From Nitrospirota bacterium (lineage in GTDB: Bacteria > Nitrospirota > UBA9217): a stretch of DNA of 64,000 nt. Positions 10,058 to 20,765 of the stretch are shown here, one piece after another. Numbering within the stretch: the first letter of the stretch is position 1; each line of letters opens with the position of its first letter. The notes beneath the pieces are model-generated. The model saw only the letters and a list, made by a program, of their open reading frames with translations, had not been told where the DNA came from and ran no database searches. The translations under genes were made by a program, and so were the position numbers. The stretch lies in the NCBI GenBank assembly GCA_963796285.1, contig CAWCKW010000012.1:992001-1056000 (forward strand). The letters run 5' to 3'.

Positions 10058-10885
10058 CTATCTAAAATGGATCCTCACATCCGCCGGCATACCCGGTTTC
10101 AGCTCATTGTTCTGGTTCGTCACGCTCACCTTGACGCCGAATACGAGCTTTACTCGTTCTTCCTTGGTTTCCACATTCTTCGGAGTAAACTCAGCATCGG
10201 ACGAAATATACGTCACTATTCCCTCGTATTGTTTATTGGGAAACGAATCGACCACGACGTCGGCCTTCTGTCCGAGTTTAACGGCACCAAGCTCGTCTTC
10301 TTTCACATAGACCTTCACCCACGGATGTTCGAGGTCGCCGATGGTAATTACCATCGTACCTGCCCCGACCGTTTCACCTTCCTCAATATTCTTTCTGAGC
10401 ACTACGCCGTTTAAGGGCGCGTACATGACCGAATCCTTCAGCTTTACTTCCGCGGTCCGGAGTGACGCACGGGACAATTGGAGCTGCGATACGGCCACGT
10501 CGTAGGAGGACTTGGCTGCGTCCATCTGCTGGGACGCAATGACGCCGTCACGGTACAGTAACGCGTACCGCTCATGGTCCTTGCGTGCTTTTTCGAACTG
10601 GGCTTCGGCGTTCTTCACCGTGGCCTTGCTTTGATTGACCATGCTTTCAAGCTCAGCACTGTCGAGTATCGCTATCTTCTCGCCGTTGGTCACGGTCCTG
10701 CCCTCGTCAGTATACAGGGTCTGGACCCTGCCGGGGATCTTGAAACTCATATTTACCTCGGTCACCTCGACATTGCCCGAGAGCGTTAGTGTGCCCTGGT
10801 CACGGGTATTCCCCAAGCGGAGGAACACAATCAAGGCAACGCCGGCGATCAGGACGATCCCGGCCATAATCAGTCTTCTTTTCAT
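10058..10885 (-). CDS. HlyD/YbhG-family periplasmic adaptor subunit
   Basis: N-terminal TM, lipoyl half motifs, AEFTPKNVET, LKPGMPAD. Confidence 0.92.
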   Translation of the reverse strand: MKRRLIMAGIVLIAGVALIVFLRLGNTRDQGTLTLSGNVEVTEVNMSFKIPGRVQTLYTDEGRTVTNGEKIAILDSAELESMVNQSKATVKNAEAQFEKARKDHERYALLYRDGVIASQQMDAAKSSYDVAVSQLQLSRASLRTAEVKLKDSVMYAPLNGVVLRKNIEEGETVGAGTMVITIGDLEHPWVKVYVKEDELGAVKLGQKADVVVDSFPNKQYEGIVTYISSDAEFTPKNVETKEERVKLVFGVKVSVTNQNNELKPGMPADVRIHFR

Positions 10886-11057
10886 ACTTATGTCCCCCTC
10901 ATCAGTTGCTGAATATATTATAGCAGGGAAACCTTTTTTTTAACATCGGAGATATTGCCGGGGCATTCTGTTTTTTCAACTTCTCAGCTTCATCTTGCGG
11001 TGTAAATCAAAGATATTTTAATTTGCACGGGCAACTGATTACTTATATAATGGCGAT

Positions 11058-11630
11058 ATGAACAACGATAACATGCAAACAACGTTCGAAGTTCGGATCA
11101 AGCACTGTCTGATACTGGTCATTGCCTTGTTCACTGCGTTTGCACCTCTGCTCTTGCATGGACAATCCATTCCCAAACCAGCGCTTCAGGAAGTCCAGGT
11201 GATCAAGGTGCACGACGGCGATACCGTTACGCTTATGATCAACGGGAGGATGCGAAAGACCCGCCTCATCGGAATCGACGCGCCGGAGATGAACCAGCGT
11301 CCCTGGGGAAGACGCGCCAAGGAACATCTGATCGATATCTTGAACCATACGGACTGGCTGGTGGCCGTGGAAACGGACGTGGTGACAATTGACAAGTACG
11401 GCAGGTCCCTCGTCTATCTCTGGACGAAGAACAAGGAACTGATAAACGAACGGATGGTACTGGACGGCTATGCGGTTCTGTTCACCATAAGACCGAACAG
11501 CACATACGCCGATCGATTCAGGAAAGCAGAGCAGTACGCGCGGGGCGAGAGACGAGGCATCTGGGGACCGGACGGTTTGAAGGAAATCCCGCTAGAGTAT
11601 AAGAAAAAGCACCCGAGGAAACAGTATTGA
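11058..11630 (+). CDS. Thermonuclease (SNase-like) with N-terminal signal/TM
   Basis: DGDT, RLIGIDAPE, DKYGR, A...RRGIW motifs. Confidence 0.93.
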   Translation: MNNDNMQTTFEVRIKHCLILVIALFTAFAPLLLHGQSIPKPALQEVQVIKVHDGDTVTLMINGRMRKTRLIGIDAPEMNQRPWGRRAKEHLIDILNHTDWLVAVETDVVTIDKYGRSLVYLWTKNKELINERMVLDGYAVLFTIRPNSTYADRFRKAEQYARGERRGIWGPDGLKEIPLEYKKKHPRKQY

Positions 11631-11656
11631 CAACGTCGTGAAAAGTATTGACTCAC

Positions 11657-11921
11657 ACAATGGCCAAAATAGGGCCGCACTGAGCCACGAAACTCGGAGA
11701 GGGGACACCACCATAGTCAATAGCTTTTCTTTGTGCCCTTCGTGCCTCCGTGTGAATTTTTTTGTTTATAAGTTCATCAGTATTGATGAACTCGCAATAA
11801 GTCGAATTAAACCGCCGAGCACTGCCTTTTTTTAAAAGTACTTGACTAAAACAAACCAGACGAGAGGCGCAGAGATAATCCTTATTGTTTGCACGCATGC
11901 AGTTCTCCGCGTCTCTGCGGT
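11657..11921. repeat. Intergenic palindromic/9-mer repeat remnants with a 30-bp dispersed repeat
   Basis: ACAATGGCCAAAATAGGGCCGCACTGAGCC (11657-11686) recurs at 21664; CTTCGTGCCTCCGTG; CTCCGCGTCTCTGCGGT. Confidence 0.6.
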
Positions 11922-11950
11922 GGATTACAATGTTTATCAGATCGTCTCCC

Positions 11951-13381
11951 CTACCCCTTCACGCACGCCATCGGCTTGACCCGCGCCACTTTCCTCGCAA
12001 GATTCGCATGGTGCGATGAGTCCACTACCTCCGTGACATCCTTATACGACTCGGGTGCTTCCTCGGCAATACCGGAGTAGGAATGGCCCCGCACCATCAC
12101 GCCCTGTTCTTCGAGTTCCCGCACAACGTCTCTGCCGTGCCACTTTTTTTTGGCCTGCGTGCGCGACATGGCCCGCCCAGCTCCGTGGCAGGCGGAACCG
12201 AATGCTTGGGTCATTCCCTTTTCAGTGCCTACGAGGATATAGGATGAAGTCCCCATGGTGCCGCCGATCAGCACCGGCTGACCGATGTGCCGGTACTCCT
12301 GCGGAAGATCGATCTGCCCGGGACCGAAGGAGCGCGTCGCTCCCTTGCGGTGCACAAAGAGCCTTTTCTTCTTTCCGTGGACGACGTGAGTCTCCACCTT
12401 GCAGGTATTGTGGCTGGTATCGTAGAGCATCTTGATATGCCCTTCGGGAAACACCCTGGCAAAGATCTCTCTTACCAGGTGCGTGATGATCTGACGGTTC
12501 GCCAGGGCGCAGTTGATCCCGGCCGACATGGCTCCGAAATACTTCTGCCCTTCAGGAGAGTTGATCGGCGCGCAGGCCAGTTCGCGGTCCTTGATGGTGA
12601 TCTTGTATTTCTGCAACGTATACGCAAGGCTCTTCAAATAATCCGTGCCGATCTGGTGACCGAGGCCTCTGGAGCCGCAGTGCACTGAGATCACGACATC
12701 GTTTTTTCTGAGCCCCATTGCCAGCGCTGCCTGTTCGTCATATATATCCGCCACCACCTGCACTTCGAGGTAATGGTTGCCTGAACCGAGCGTACCCATC
12801 TCGCGGTACTGACGCTTCTTTGCTGTTTCGGAAACAGCGTCCGGATCAGCGCTGTCCACCCTGCCATGCTCTTCGATATACTCAAGATCATCCTTGGTTC
12901 CGTACCCTTTTTTGACGGCCCACACAGCGCCGCCTTCCAGCATCTCGTCGAGCTGGGCGGAAGACAGCTTGATAAGCCCTTCGGAGCCGACGCCTGCGGG
13001 TACCCCGGTGTAAAACTGATCCGCAAGCCTCTGGAGCCTGGGTATGACCTCTTCCCTGGTGAGGCCTGTCTTCATGGTGCGCACACCGCAGGAGATGTCG
13101 AACCCCACGCCGCCCATGGAGATGATGCCGCCTTCGTCCGGATCGAATGCAGCGACCCCGCCGATGGGGAAACCATAGCCCCAGTGCGCGTCCGGCATTG
13201 CCATCGAAGCGATCTGAATGCCGGGCAGCATTGCCACGTTCGTCACCTGCTCCCGGACCTTTTCGTCCATCTCCTGGATCAGCTTCTCGCTGGCAAATAT
13301 CCTGCCGGGTACGCGCATCTCCCCGTGTTGAGGGATCTCCCAGAGATAATCATTTATCTTATGGAATGAATTTGGGTCCAT
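11951..13381 (-). CDS. rtcB: RNA ligase RtcB (archaeal/eukaryote-like type)
   Basis: MPDAHWGYGFPIGG, GFDISCGVR, GTLGSGNHY, HRKGATR, HGAGR, EEAPESYK. Confidence 0.97.
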   Translation of the reverse strand: MDPNSFHKINDYLWEIPQHGEMRVPGRIFASEKLIQEMDEKVREQVTNVAMLPGIQIASMAMPDAHWGYGFPIGGVAAFDPDEGGIISMGGVGFDISCGVRTMKTGLTREEVIPRLQRLADQFYTGVPAGVGSEGLIKLSSAQLDEMLEGGAVWAVKKGYGTKDDLEYIEEHGRVDSADPDAVSETAKKRQYREMGTLGSGNHYLEVQVVADIYDEQAALAMGLRKNDVVISVHCGSRGLGHQIGTDYLKSLAYTLQKYKITIKDRELACAPINSPEGQKYFGAMSAGINCALANRQIITHLVREIFARVFPEGHIKMLYDTSHNTCKVETHVVHGKKKRLFVHRKGATRSFGPGQIDLPQEYRHIGQPVLIGGTMGTSSYILVGTEKGMTQAFGSACHGAGRAMSRTQAKKKWHGRDVVRELEEQGVMVRGHSYSGIAEEAPESYKDVTEVVDSSHHANLARKVARVKPMACVKG

Positions 13382-13433
13382 GTCTAATTACTCCGACTTC
13401 CCCTGCACTCCGGACTCCGACTCGGAATGATTC

Positions 13434-13844
13434 TCACACATCCACGACACACTGGGCCACATACCCGTTGTCTCGCTCTTGTACGCTTAACAGGTGGTAG
13501 GTCGCACCTTTGACCTCTACATGGGCCTGATGCCGTTCTCGGTCCAGTATCTCTCCCCATGCCGTGCCGGTGAGCGACGTGCCATTGATTTTCACTTCGA
13601 ACTTTGAAAAGACCATGCGTTCGATATCAGATAGTGACAGCAGGGCGTTCAGCCATTCCACCAGCAGGAGTTCTCTATCGGGAGCTGAAACCTTCACGAT
13701 CCTTCGCTCCTTCGGTTTCACCCGATGGATATTCACCATGACTGAATACAGTGCGATAGCGGTATTTTCAAATGCCTCTGCAATCGTTGCACCGAACCCG
13801 CGTATGCCGATGTCCGCTTCGTGATCAAAGGTCTCGTAGCGCAC
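13434..13844 (-). CDS. Archease
   Basis: YETFDHEADIG...VKGATYH...VDV C-terminus; adjacent to rtcB. Confidence 0.95.
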   Translation of the reverse strand: MRYETFDHEADIGIRGFGATIAEAFENTAIALYSVMVNIHRVKPKERRIVKVSAPDRELLLVEWLNALLSLSDIERMVFSKFEVKINGTSLTGTAWGEILDRERHQAHVEVKGATYHLLSVQERDNGYVAQCVVDV

Positions 13845-13862
13845 TCGCTACTCCTCACGGCA

Positions 13863-14873
13863 TCACGACCACACCCCTGCAATCGCTGCCCCGCAGAACT
13901 TGCACTTACCGTCCTTGACCATATTCTCGAGAACACTGAAACCGATCCGCCTCACAAGCCTTTTCTTACAACTCCAGCATATTGTATCTTCCCCTTCTCC
14001 GGGGATGTTTCCTTCATACACATGCCGGAGGCCTGCATCGAACCCGATCTGCCTTGCTCGTTTCAGCGTTTCGATCGGGGTTATCGGCTGGTCCGTCAGT
14101 TTGTACGTGGGATGAAATCTTGATACATGCCAGGGGATGTTCTCTCCAATAGACCTGATGAACTGCGCTATCCCCTTCAGTTCATCATCCGAATCATTAT
14201 GCCCGGGGATGACCAGTGTAGTGATCTCGATCCAGATGCCAAGTTCGTGGTAAAGCCTGATCGAGTCGAGCACAGGCTGGAGCCGTGCTCCGCATACCTT
14301 CTTGTAAAAATCGTCGGTATATCCTTTAAGATCAATATTTGCGGCATGCAAATACGGTTTGATCTCCCTGAGCGCTTCCGGCGTGATGTACCCGTTCGAT
14401 ACGAACACGTTCTTGAGCCCGGCCCTGGCTGCGAGACGCGCCGTATCATAGGCAAGTTCGAAGTAGATCGTGGGCTCGGTGTAGGTATAGGAGATGCTCG
14501 CGCAGCCGTTCTTGAGAGCAGCATCGACGATCGCGGATGGTGACACCGCCTCGCCCAGGATCATGTCTTCGCGGTCACGCGGCAGCTGCGAGATGTCGGC
14601 ATTCTGGCAGTGCTTGCAACGGAAATTGCAGCCCGGCGTCGCGATCGAGTAAGACAGGCTGCCTGGGAGGAAGTGGAAGAGCGGTTTTTTTTCAATGGGG
14701 TCGATGTGCCGGGCGATCAGCTTATCATAGACAAGCGTGTAGAGTATACCGTCCTTGTTCTCGCGCACGGAGCAAATACCCCGCTTGCCGGGAACAATGA
14801 TGCAGCGATGGCTGCACAGGCCGCACTGGACCTTCTTTGCCTCTCTTGCCTCCTGGAACATTGCCTGCTTCAT
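13863..14873 (-). CDS. amrS: AmmeMemoRadiSam system radical SAM enzyme
   Basis: N-terminal CGLCSHRC, DPIEKKPLFHF, CNFRCKHCQN (CxxxCxxC), YTYTEP. Confidence 0.93.
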   Translation of the reverse strand: MKQAMFQEAREAKKVQCGLCSHRCIIVPGKRGICSVRENKDGILYTLVYDKLIARHIDPIEKKPLFHFLPGSLSYSIATPGCNFRCKHCQNADISQLPRDREDMILGEAVSPSAIVDAALKNGCASISYTYTEPTIYFELAYDTARLAARAGLKNVFVSNGYITPEALREIKPYLHAANIDLKGYTDDFYKKVCGARLQPVLDSIRLYHELGIWIEITTLVIPGHNDSDDELKGIAQFIRSIGENIPWHVSRFHPTYKLTDQPITPIETLKRARQIGFDAGLRHVYEGNIPGEGEDTICWSCKKRLVRRIGFSVLENMVKDGKCKFCGAAIAGVWS

Positions 14874-14923
14874 GGTCTGCCGCCTCCTGGTGAATTCGGT
14901 TTTCCTGCGCCTTGCGGCACAAC

Positions 14924-15697
14924 CTACGGGTGCTGCAATCCCTTCTCCGTCCTGGTTTTATGATCGATCGCTTCGGCCTGTATCCGTGTCTTGCAATTTG
15001 AGCAGATGATGTCCGGGGATAGATTGCTACAGACGAGACACCGCCGGTCCGTCCCCGGTTTGATGCCTTCTGCCTCAAAGATCATCTCCAAAAACTCGCT
15101 TTCCGTCACGTGCCCTTCCATTTGCAGGTTCTCGCCGAAGATCGTCATCGGCAATTTTTTTATTTTGTGTTTTTTAATGAGCTCCGGATAATCATCGGCG
15201 ACAATGATATCGGCAGAGACATATCGGCTCTCGAGCGCCAGGCCGATGGCGGTCTCTGCCACAGGTCGGCAGAGCGGACAGTCGCTTTCCACAAAGACCC
15301 GTATCCTGACGTCATGATCAAGATGCTTCAGAACACGCCTCACATCATCCGGGAACCATACTTTTGTGCTGGACAGAGACTGTATCGTATCCAGGAGTAT
15401 ATTCAGAAAAACGTCTTCTATAAGTCCGTAAAACGTGACCATTTCGCCATCCCCGCCCTGCAGAACGATGGCCGGCACGAGTTCGATGTGGTATTGCTGA
15501 GACTTGTCACGGTCCATGACCAGATCATAGGATTCCAGCGCTATCTTGTCGAAATGTGCCTTGATGGCCTGAGCGAGTCCCAGCATGTCTGGACAGGCAG
15601 TGCAACCCTTATCGCTGGTGAAAAGGACCAGCCTGACCGGTTTGGTGAGCCGCTTTGCGGATGTTTTGATGATTTCCTGCGTTCTTTCCGATATCAT
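14924..15697 (-). CDS. Protein disulfide oxidoreductase (two thioredoxin folds) with C-terminal Cys4 motif
   Basis: CTAC and CPLC motifs in PDO/AhpF-N architecture; tail CLVC-x8-CSNC. Confidence 0.8.
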   Translation of the reverse strand: MISERTQEIIKTSAKRLTKPVRLVLFTSDKGCTACPDMLGLAQAIKAHFDKIALESYDLVMDRDKSQQYHIELVPAIVLQGGDGEMVTFYGLIEDVFLNILLDTIQSLSSTKVWFPDDVRRVLKHLDHDVRIRVFVESDCPLCRPVAETAIGLALESRYVSADIIVADDYPELIKKHKIKKLPMTIFGENLQMEGHVTESEFLEMIFEAEGIKPGTDRRCLVCSNLSPDIICSNCKTRIQAEAIDHKTRTEKGLQHP

Positions 15698-16107
15698 GAC
15701 GAACACCTCAATAAAGAGATTGAACGAATATGTATATTATATCAAAGAATGACTGTCAGTAAGGTGAATAACTCATTTTATATCTTCATTGTAATGACAG
15801 ATAGCAATGGCATAGACTTGATTGACATGGATATACACGGCCTATTCAATCATCAGGAGCTGGATGCCTATCATCCTTTTGAAGAGCAATCAATTTTAAA
15901 TTTACGATTGTTTTAAAGTATCCGTGTTCGAAGAAAGAGAGCCGGGTGAACCGGTCGATAGGAGCGGATCTTCGAGAGGGCAATTGGATGGTACAAGTGG
16001 AACAGGATCAGAACCATGAAGGCGAGGTGCGCGGGAATCGGCACTGCGGCATGAAGGGCTTCGATGTCCATTCTCAAAAGAACAGCAGTGAGGACATGAT
16101 ACATGGA

Positions 16108-17472
16108 TCATTTAATCGCATACTTCTTCAGCTTATACCTGAGCACCCTCTCGCTGATCCCGAGCTTTTCCGCAGCCCTGGTCTGAACGCCGCCGGACTC
16201 TTTCAGTGCTTCCAGGATAATTCCTCGCTCGACGGTATCAAGCGTCTCGTTTAAAGAGCCTTTCAACTTCTGCGGTGAAATGCTCCCCTCGCTCGTTGCG
16301 GTCCTGATCTGTATCGGAAGGTCGGCAGTGGTAATGACTCCCTTTTTTGCCAGCACGACTGCACGCTCAATGATGTTCTCCAGCTCCCGGACGTTGCCCG
16401 GATAGTTGTATCGCATGAGCAAGTCACGCGTCTCCGCGGAAATACCAGTGATGGCCTTTTTGTTTTCACTGCTGTATTTCTTGATAAAGAGATCGAGAAA
16501 TCCCGGTATATCTTCTTTCCGATCACGCAGCGGAGGAATGACCACGGATACCACGTTGAGCCGATAGTACAGGTCTTCCCGGAAGGCCCCCTCGTTCACC
16601 GCTTTTTCAATATCGCGGTTCGTGGCGGTGATCACGCGCACATCCACCTTGATGGTCTCGTTCCCGCCAAGCCGCTCAAACTCGCGCTCCTGCAGCACCC
16701 GCAGGAGCTTCACCTGCATACCCGGCGTCAGCTCTCCGATCTCGTCAAGGAACAACGTTCCTTTGTCCGCTGCCTCGAACCTGCCGGTCCGGCGCGCGTT
16801 TGCACCGGTAAAAGCCCCCTTCTCGTGACCGAAAAGCTCGCTCTCGAGCAGCGTCTCAGGCAGGGCAGCGCAATTGACCTTGATAAGCGGGGCGTTCGCG
16901 CGTGGACTGTGGTAATGGATGGCTTTGGCCAGCAACTCTTTCCCCGTTCCGCTTTCGCCTCTGAGCAGCACGGTCGCATTGCTGGCGGCAACGCGACCGG
17001 CCATATTGAGGACCTCTTCCATGGCATGGCTGGTGCTCACGATCTCATCGAACGTGTAACGCTTGATCAGCAATTCCTTTAATTCGGTATTCTCCCGGAT
17101 CAGGTCCCGCCGCTCGGAGATGCGTTCGATAAGCACGACGAGCTGCTCCAGATCAATGGGTTTGGGGAGATAATCGTACGCGCCGGCCTTGATCGCCTTT
17201 ACAGCCGTCTCGATCGAGCCGAACGCGGTCATGATGATCACCGCCATGTCAGGATTGACCCTGCGCGCCTCGTCCGATGTCCGGAGCGCGTCGACACCGG
17301 GGATGTTGCAGTCAGTCACAAAGGCATCGAACCGTTCGCGCCGGACCGCGTCCATGGCCTCCTGCACCGTGGCAACGGCAAGTACGTCATACTGCTTCTG
17401 CGTGAGATAATCTCCGATGCGCTTCCGTTCCCCCTCCTCATCGTCCATGATCAGTATTCGAGCTTCTTGCAT
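16108..17472 (-). CDS. Sigma-54-dependent response regulator (NtrC family)
   Basis: Receiver domain, GESGTGKE, GAFTGA, Fis HTH. Confidence 0.95.
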   Translation of the reverse strand: MQEARILIMDDEEGERKRIGDYLTQKQYDVLAVATVQEAMDAVRRERFDAFVTDCNIPGVDALRTSDEARRVNPDMAVIIMTAFGSIETAVKAIKAGAYDYLPKPIDLEQLVVLIERISERRDLIRENTELKELLIKRYTFDEIVSTSHAMEEVLNMAGRVAASNATVLLRGESGTGKELLAKAIHYHSPRANAPLIKVNCAALPETLLESELFGHEKGAFTGANARRTGRFEAADKGTLFLDEIGELTPGMQVKLLRVLQEREFERLGGNETIKVDVRVITATNRDIEKAVNEGAFREDLYYRLNVVSVVIPPLRDRKEDIPGFLDLFIKKYSSENKKAITGISAETRDLLMRYNYPGNVRELENIIERAVVLAKKGVITTADLPIQIRTATSEGSISPQKLKGSLNETLDTVERGIILEALKESGGVQTRAAEKLGISERVLRYKLKKYAIK

Positions 17473-17526
17473 GGGTAAATGCTCCTTAGTGCGCGATAAC
17501 ACAACATATCGCCTGCACGCCCGTTC

Positions 17527-18504
17527 TCAGGGTTGTGTCGCTTTTGCAGCGTCCTGTTTAACGATCTTCTCGTACAAATCCAGCACTATGCCTTCTCTCA
17601 AGCCCCAATCGCTTACCAGCATCGAGGTAAATCCGAATCGACGAATGATCTCCTGGAGGATCACGGCGCCTGCGAGGATGATATCTTCGCGGCCGGGTTC
17701 GAGCCCCCGTATCGTTCTGCGCTCCACGAGGCTGCTCATGCTGAGCGTGTCAACGATCTTATCAATGGAATCTCTGGTCAGGACAGACCGGTTGATCCTT
17801 GCAGGATCATACCCATCAAGCCTCTGATCCATGGCGGCAAGCGTCGTGATCGTACCGGCAGTACCGACTAACATACCGGCTGGGTCCGGCTGGATCATCG
17901 CAGAATATCTATCGAGTTCTTCCCTGACCATCCGTCTGAGATGGGCGAATTCTTCAGCGATCGGTGGGTCGTGCTTGATGCACCGCTCGGTAAGATAGAC
18001 CGCACCCAGGGGAAGGCTTATGATGACCGGAGCTTTGTCGCGACGGTTTGCGATGATCTCGGTGCTGCCTCCGCCGATATCGACGACGAGCGATGACACG
18101 AGAGGATTTAACTGCTTCTGTCGTTCATCGCCGGTAAGCGTGCGAGCAACACCAAGCAGAGTAAGACGCGCCTCTTCCTCTCCGGAAATCACCGTGATGC
18201 CAATGCCTGTTTTTTTCTTCACTGCATGAATGAATGCGGACGAATTTGATGCGTTCCTGAGAGCGCTTGTTCCGATCGCAGCGGTTTGGAGCGCGGCGTG
18301 ACGCCGGATCTGTTCGGAATAATCTCCGAGTGCCTTCAGGGCGCGATCCTGGGCCTCGCTGGTGAGCATTCCGTTTAGGTCAAGGTCCTGTCCCAGACGG
18401 GTGATCTTTCTGTCTGCATAGATCTCACGGAAGGAATCTGGGCCGGTTTCGGCCACGAGCAAGCGGAGGGTGTTTGTACCGATGTCGATCCCGGCAAGGA
18501 TCAT
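17527..18504 (-). CDS. ppx: Ppx/GppA family phosphatase
   Basis: IDIGTNT, ITRLG, DIGGGSTE, GLREG. Confidence 0.92.
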   Translation of the reverse strand: MILAGIDIGTNTLRLLVAETGPDSFREIYADRKITRLGQDLDLNGMLTSEAQDRALKALGDYSEQIRRHAALQTAAIGTSALRNASNSSAFIHAVKKKTGIGITVISGEEEARLTLLGVARTLTGDERQKQLNPLVSSLVVDIGGGSTEIIANRRDKAPVIISLPLGAVYLTERCIKHDPPIAEEFAHLRRMVREELDRYSAMIQPDPAGMLVGTAGTITTLAAMDQRLDGYDPARINRSVLTRDSIDKIVDTLSMSSLVERRTIRGLEPGREDIILAGAVILQEIIRRFGFTSMLVSDWGLREGIVLDLYEKIVKQDAAKATQP

Positions 18505-18953
18505 GAGACAATCTGTTGCTTGAGCCTTTCCTGGTAAGTCCGGATTCGCATGGCGAGCAATTTGGTAATTATCATGAGTGCCCTTGCAGCGATCCGGGGT
18601 TCCAGCTCGGTCAACGTTTGAAAATCCTTTCTCGTGATGAGCAAGAGTTCAACAGCCGTCTCTGCCCGCGCAGTCACCAGGCGGTTCGCTTCCTGGACCA
18701 GCGCAAGCTCGCCGAAGAATTCACCGGGCCCGAGAAGCAGGATGCCCATTTCCTCGCCTTCGCCCGCCATCATCGAGATCCTGACTGTTCCGCTCTTTAT
18801 GATATAGAGGGCCTCCGCAGGCATGTTCTCTATGAAAATGGTAGTGTTCGGTTTTAGCTCGCGCTCCTGAAACAGCTCCAGAATGTGCTCGATCTTTTCT
18901 TTGCTGCCGCCCTTGAAGAGCATTGTACTGAGTAGGAGTTGCAAGTTATTCAT
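18501..18953 (-). CDS. Cyclic nucleotide-binding domain protein
   Basis: LYIIKSG, GEFFGELAL...RLVTARA; no HTH. Confidence 0.88.
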   Translation of the reverse strand: MNNLQLLLSTMLFKGGSKEKIEHILELFQERELKPNTTIFIENMPAEALYIIKSGTVRISMMAGEGEEMGILLLGPGEFFGELALVQEANRLVTARAETAVELLLITRKDFQTLTELEPRIAARALMIITKLLAMRIRTYQERLKQQIVS

Positions 18954-19075
18954 ATTGACCGTAGGAGTGCCTGGTGTGCGTCCGTAGCGATATGAAAACA
19001 TTATAGGTTGGCAGATTATCTTTGTCAAGGCACAATGAAGGCATTTGAACCTCCTGGGAACGTGCCGGGCATCGA

Positions 19076-20296
19076 TCAGGAGTTCTGTTGTTTTGCAAAT
19101 TCACTGATGGCGGCCATGAGTGAGGCGGCAATCGCCGTTTTCGGCATGGTCGGCAATTCGGTCCTCTTTCCCGACCGGTCAATGATCGTCACGGCGTTCG
19201 TATCGGATCCAAATCCCGACCCGCTCCTGAGCAGGTCATTGACGACGATCATGTCGAGATGTTTATTGTTCAATTTCTTCAGTGCGTTCTGTTCAATGTC
19301 GTCAGTTTCAGCGGCAAACCCTATCAGCAGCCGCTTTCCGCCGGCCTTGCCGAGTTCGAGCAGGATATCCTCGGTCCGTGCAAGCTGGAGCGTTTGGGCG
19401 GCGTCTTCTTTCTTTATTTTTCGGTCCGATGTCTGGAGAGGCTTGAAATCGGATACCGCCGCGGCCATGATCACGATATGACTGCGGTCAAGATGCTCCT
19501 TCACCGCACGATGCATGTCCCCGGCGCTGACCACGGAAACCACCTTCACTCCCCGCGGTGAAGGAAGCTGGGTGGGTCCGGTTATCAGGATCACCTCCGC
19601 ACCGCGGTCCCGTGCGGCAGATGCCAGCGCATATCCCATTTTCCCCGTGGACGGATTACTGATAAAACGGACCGCATCAATGAACTCCCGCGTCGGTCCC
19701 GCCGTTACCAGCACGGTCTTTCCCACGAGGTCTTTTTGTGTCAAGAGAGCGGAAAGCTCCTGCAAGATCAGATCGATGTCCGCAAGCCTGCCCTGTCCCA
19801 TCGTTCCGCAGGCAAGACTGCCAATCCCCGGCTCGATAAACCGTACTCCGCATTCTTTCAGGAAGGTAATATTTCTCTGGAGAACGGGATTACGGTACAT
19901 CCGGTCGTTCATGGCGGGCGCAAGAAGGAGCGGGCAATCGAGTGCCATCAGGGCTGAGGTCAAGGCGTCGTCGGCAATGCCGGCGGCTATCTTGCCGATG
20001 ATGTTCGCCGTGGCCGGGGCAACGAGAGCGAGGTCCAGACCCTCGGTGATCTCGATATGTCCGATGGCGCCTTGACCTCTCCCGGAGAACTCATCACACA
20101 ATACCGGTCCGTGGGAGAGCGTTTCAAAGGTCAGACGGGGACACGAACTTCGCGGCATGCCTTGTCATCGCAACTCGCACCTCGGCACCGCGCTTCGGTA
20201 AGCCTTCGCAGCAGGTCTGCCGCCTTATATGACCGCGATACTGCCGGACACGCCGAGCAGGATCCGTTTCCCGGATAAGAGGCCACCCTGTTCCAC
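19076..20296 (-). CDS. coaBC: Bifunctional PPC decarboxylase/synthetase (5' part frameshifted)
   Basis: GKRILLGVSGSIA from GTG 20296; APATAN, PAMN, TAGPTRE, NPSTGKMG, GFAAET. Confidence 0.92.
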
Positions 20297-20308
20297 TCCA
20301 GACACTCC

Positions 20309-20739
20309 TTATTCCTCGGTATCTTCCGTCTTGTCGGTATCTTCGGCCATCTCTTCTTCGCCGGGGCTGTCTTCGCGTAGATCTCTTCAGCCCCTTCTTC
20401 CTCCGCTGACTCGGAAAGATAGGCGCTTAGTTCTTTGCGTATCTCCTCTTCCTTGGCAGAAAGCTGCGCATCCGCCTTCGCTCGCTCTTCCCGCTTGCGG
20501 AATTCTTCCTTGGCTACATTCGCCGCTTCTCCGACGATGATGGTGAACTTTCCTGCGATGGCCTCTTCCAGGGCCACGGTCGTGTCCTTGATGGAGTGCG
20601 TGGCAACCGCCATCGGCGCGCCGGCGGATAGCTGCCTCACCCGCTGGGACGCGATGTGTACCAGGCGGAACTTCGTGTCCGCAATTTTGTCAGTCATCTC
20701 GATGGGAAGAGAGATCAGATCGTCAACTGCTTTTTGCAT
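20309..20739 (-). CDS. rpoZ: RNA polymerase omega subunit with acidic C-terminal extension (one indel)
   Basis: KFRLVHIASQRVRQL...VALEE; lies between gmk and coaBC; corrected tail EDSPGEEEMAEDTDKTEDTEE* ends at 20309. Confidence 0.85.
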
Positions 20740-20765
20740 TGTGCACCTCCTAGAATAGTATAGTT

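Noticed and set aside
11058-11630. Thermonuclease as the toxin whose damage RtcB repairs
   Set aside because: It is convergently oriented, separated by repeat remnants and predicted to be exported; nothing beyond proximity links them
11951-13381. Intein in RtcB
   Set aside because: 476 aa is normal length and the motifs are contiguous
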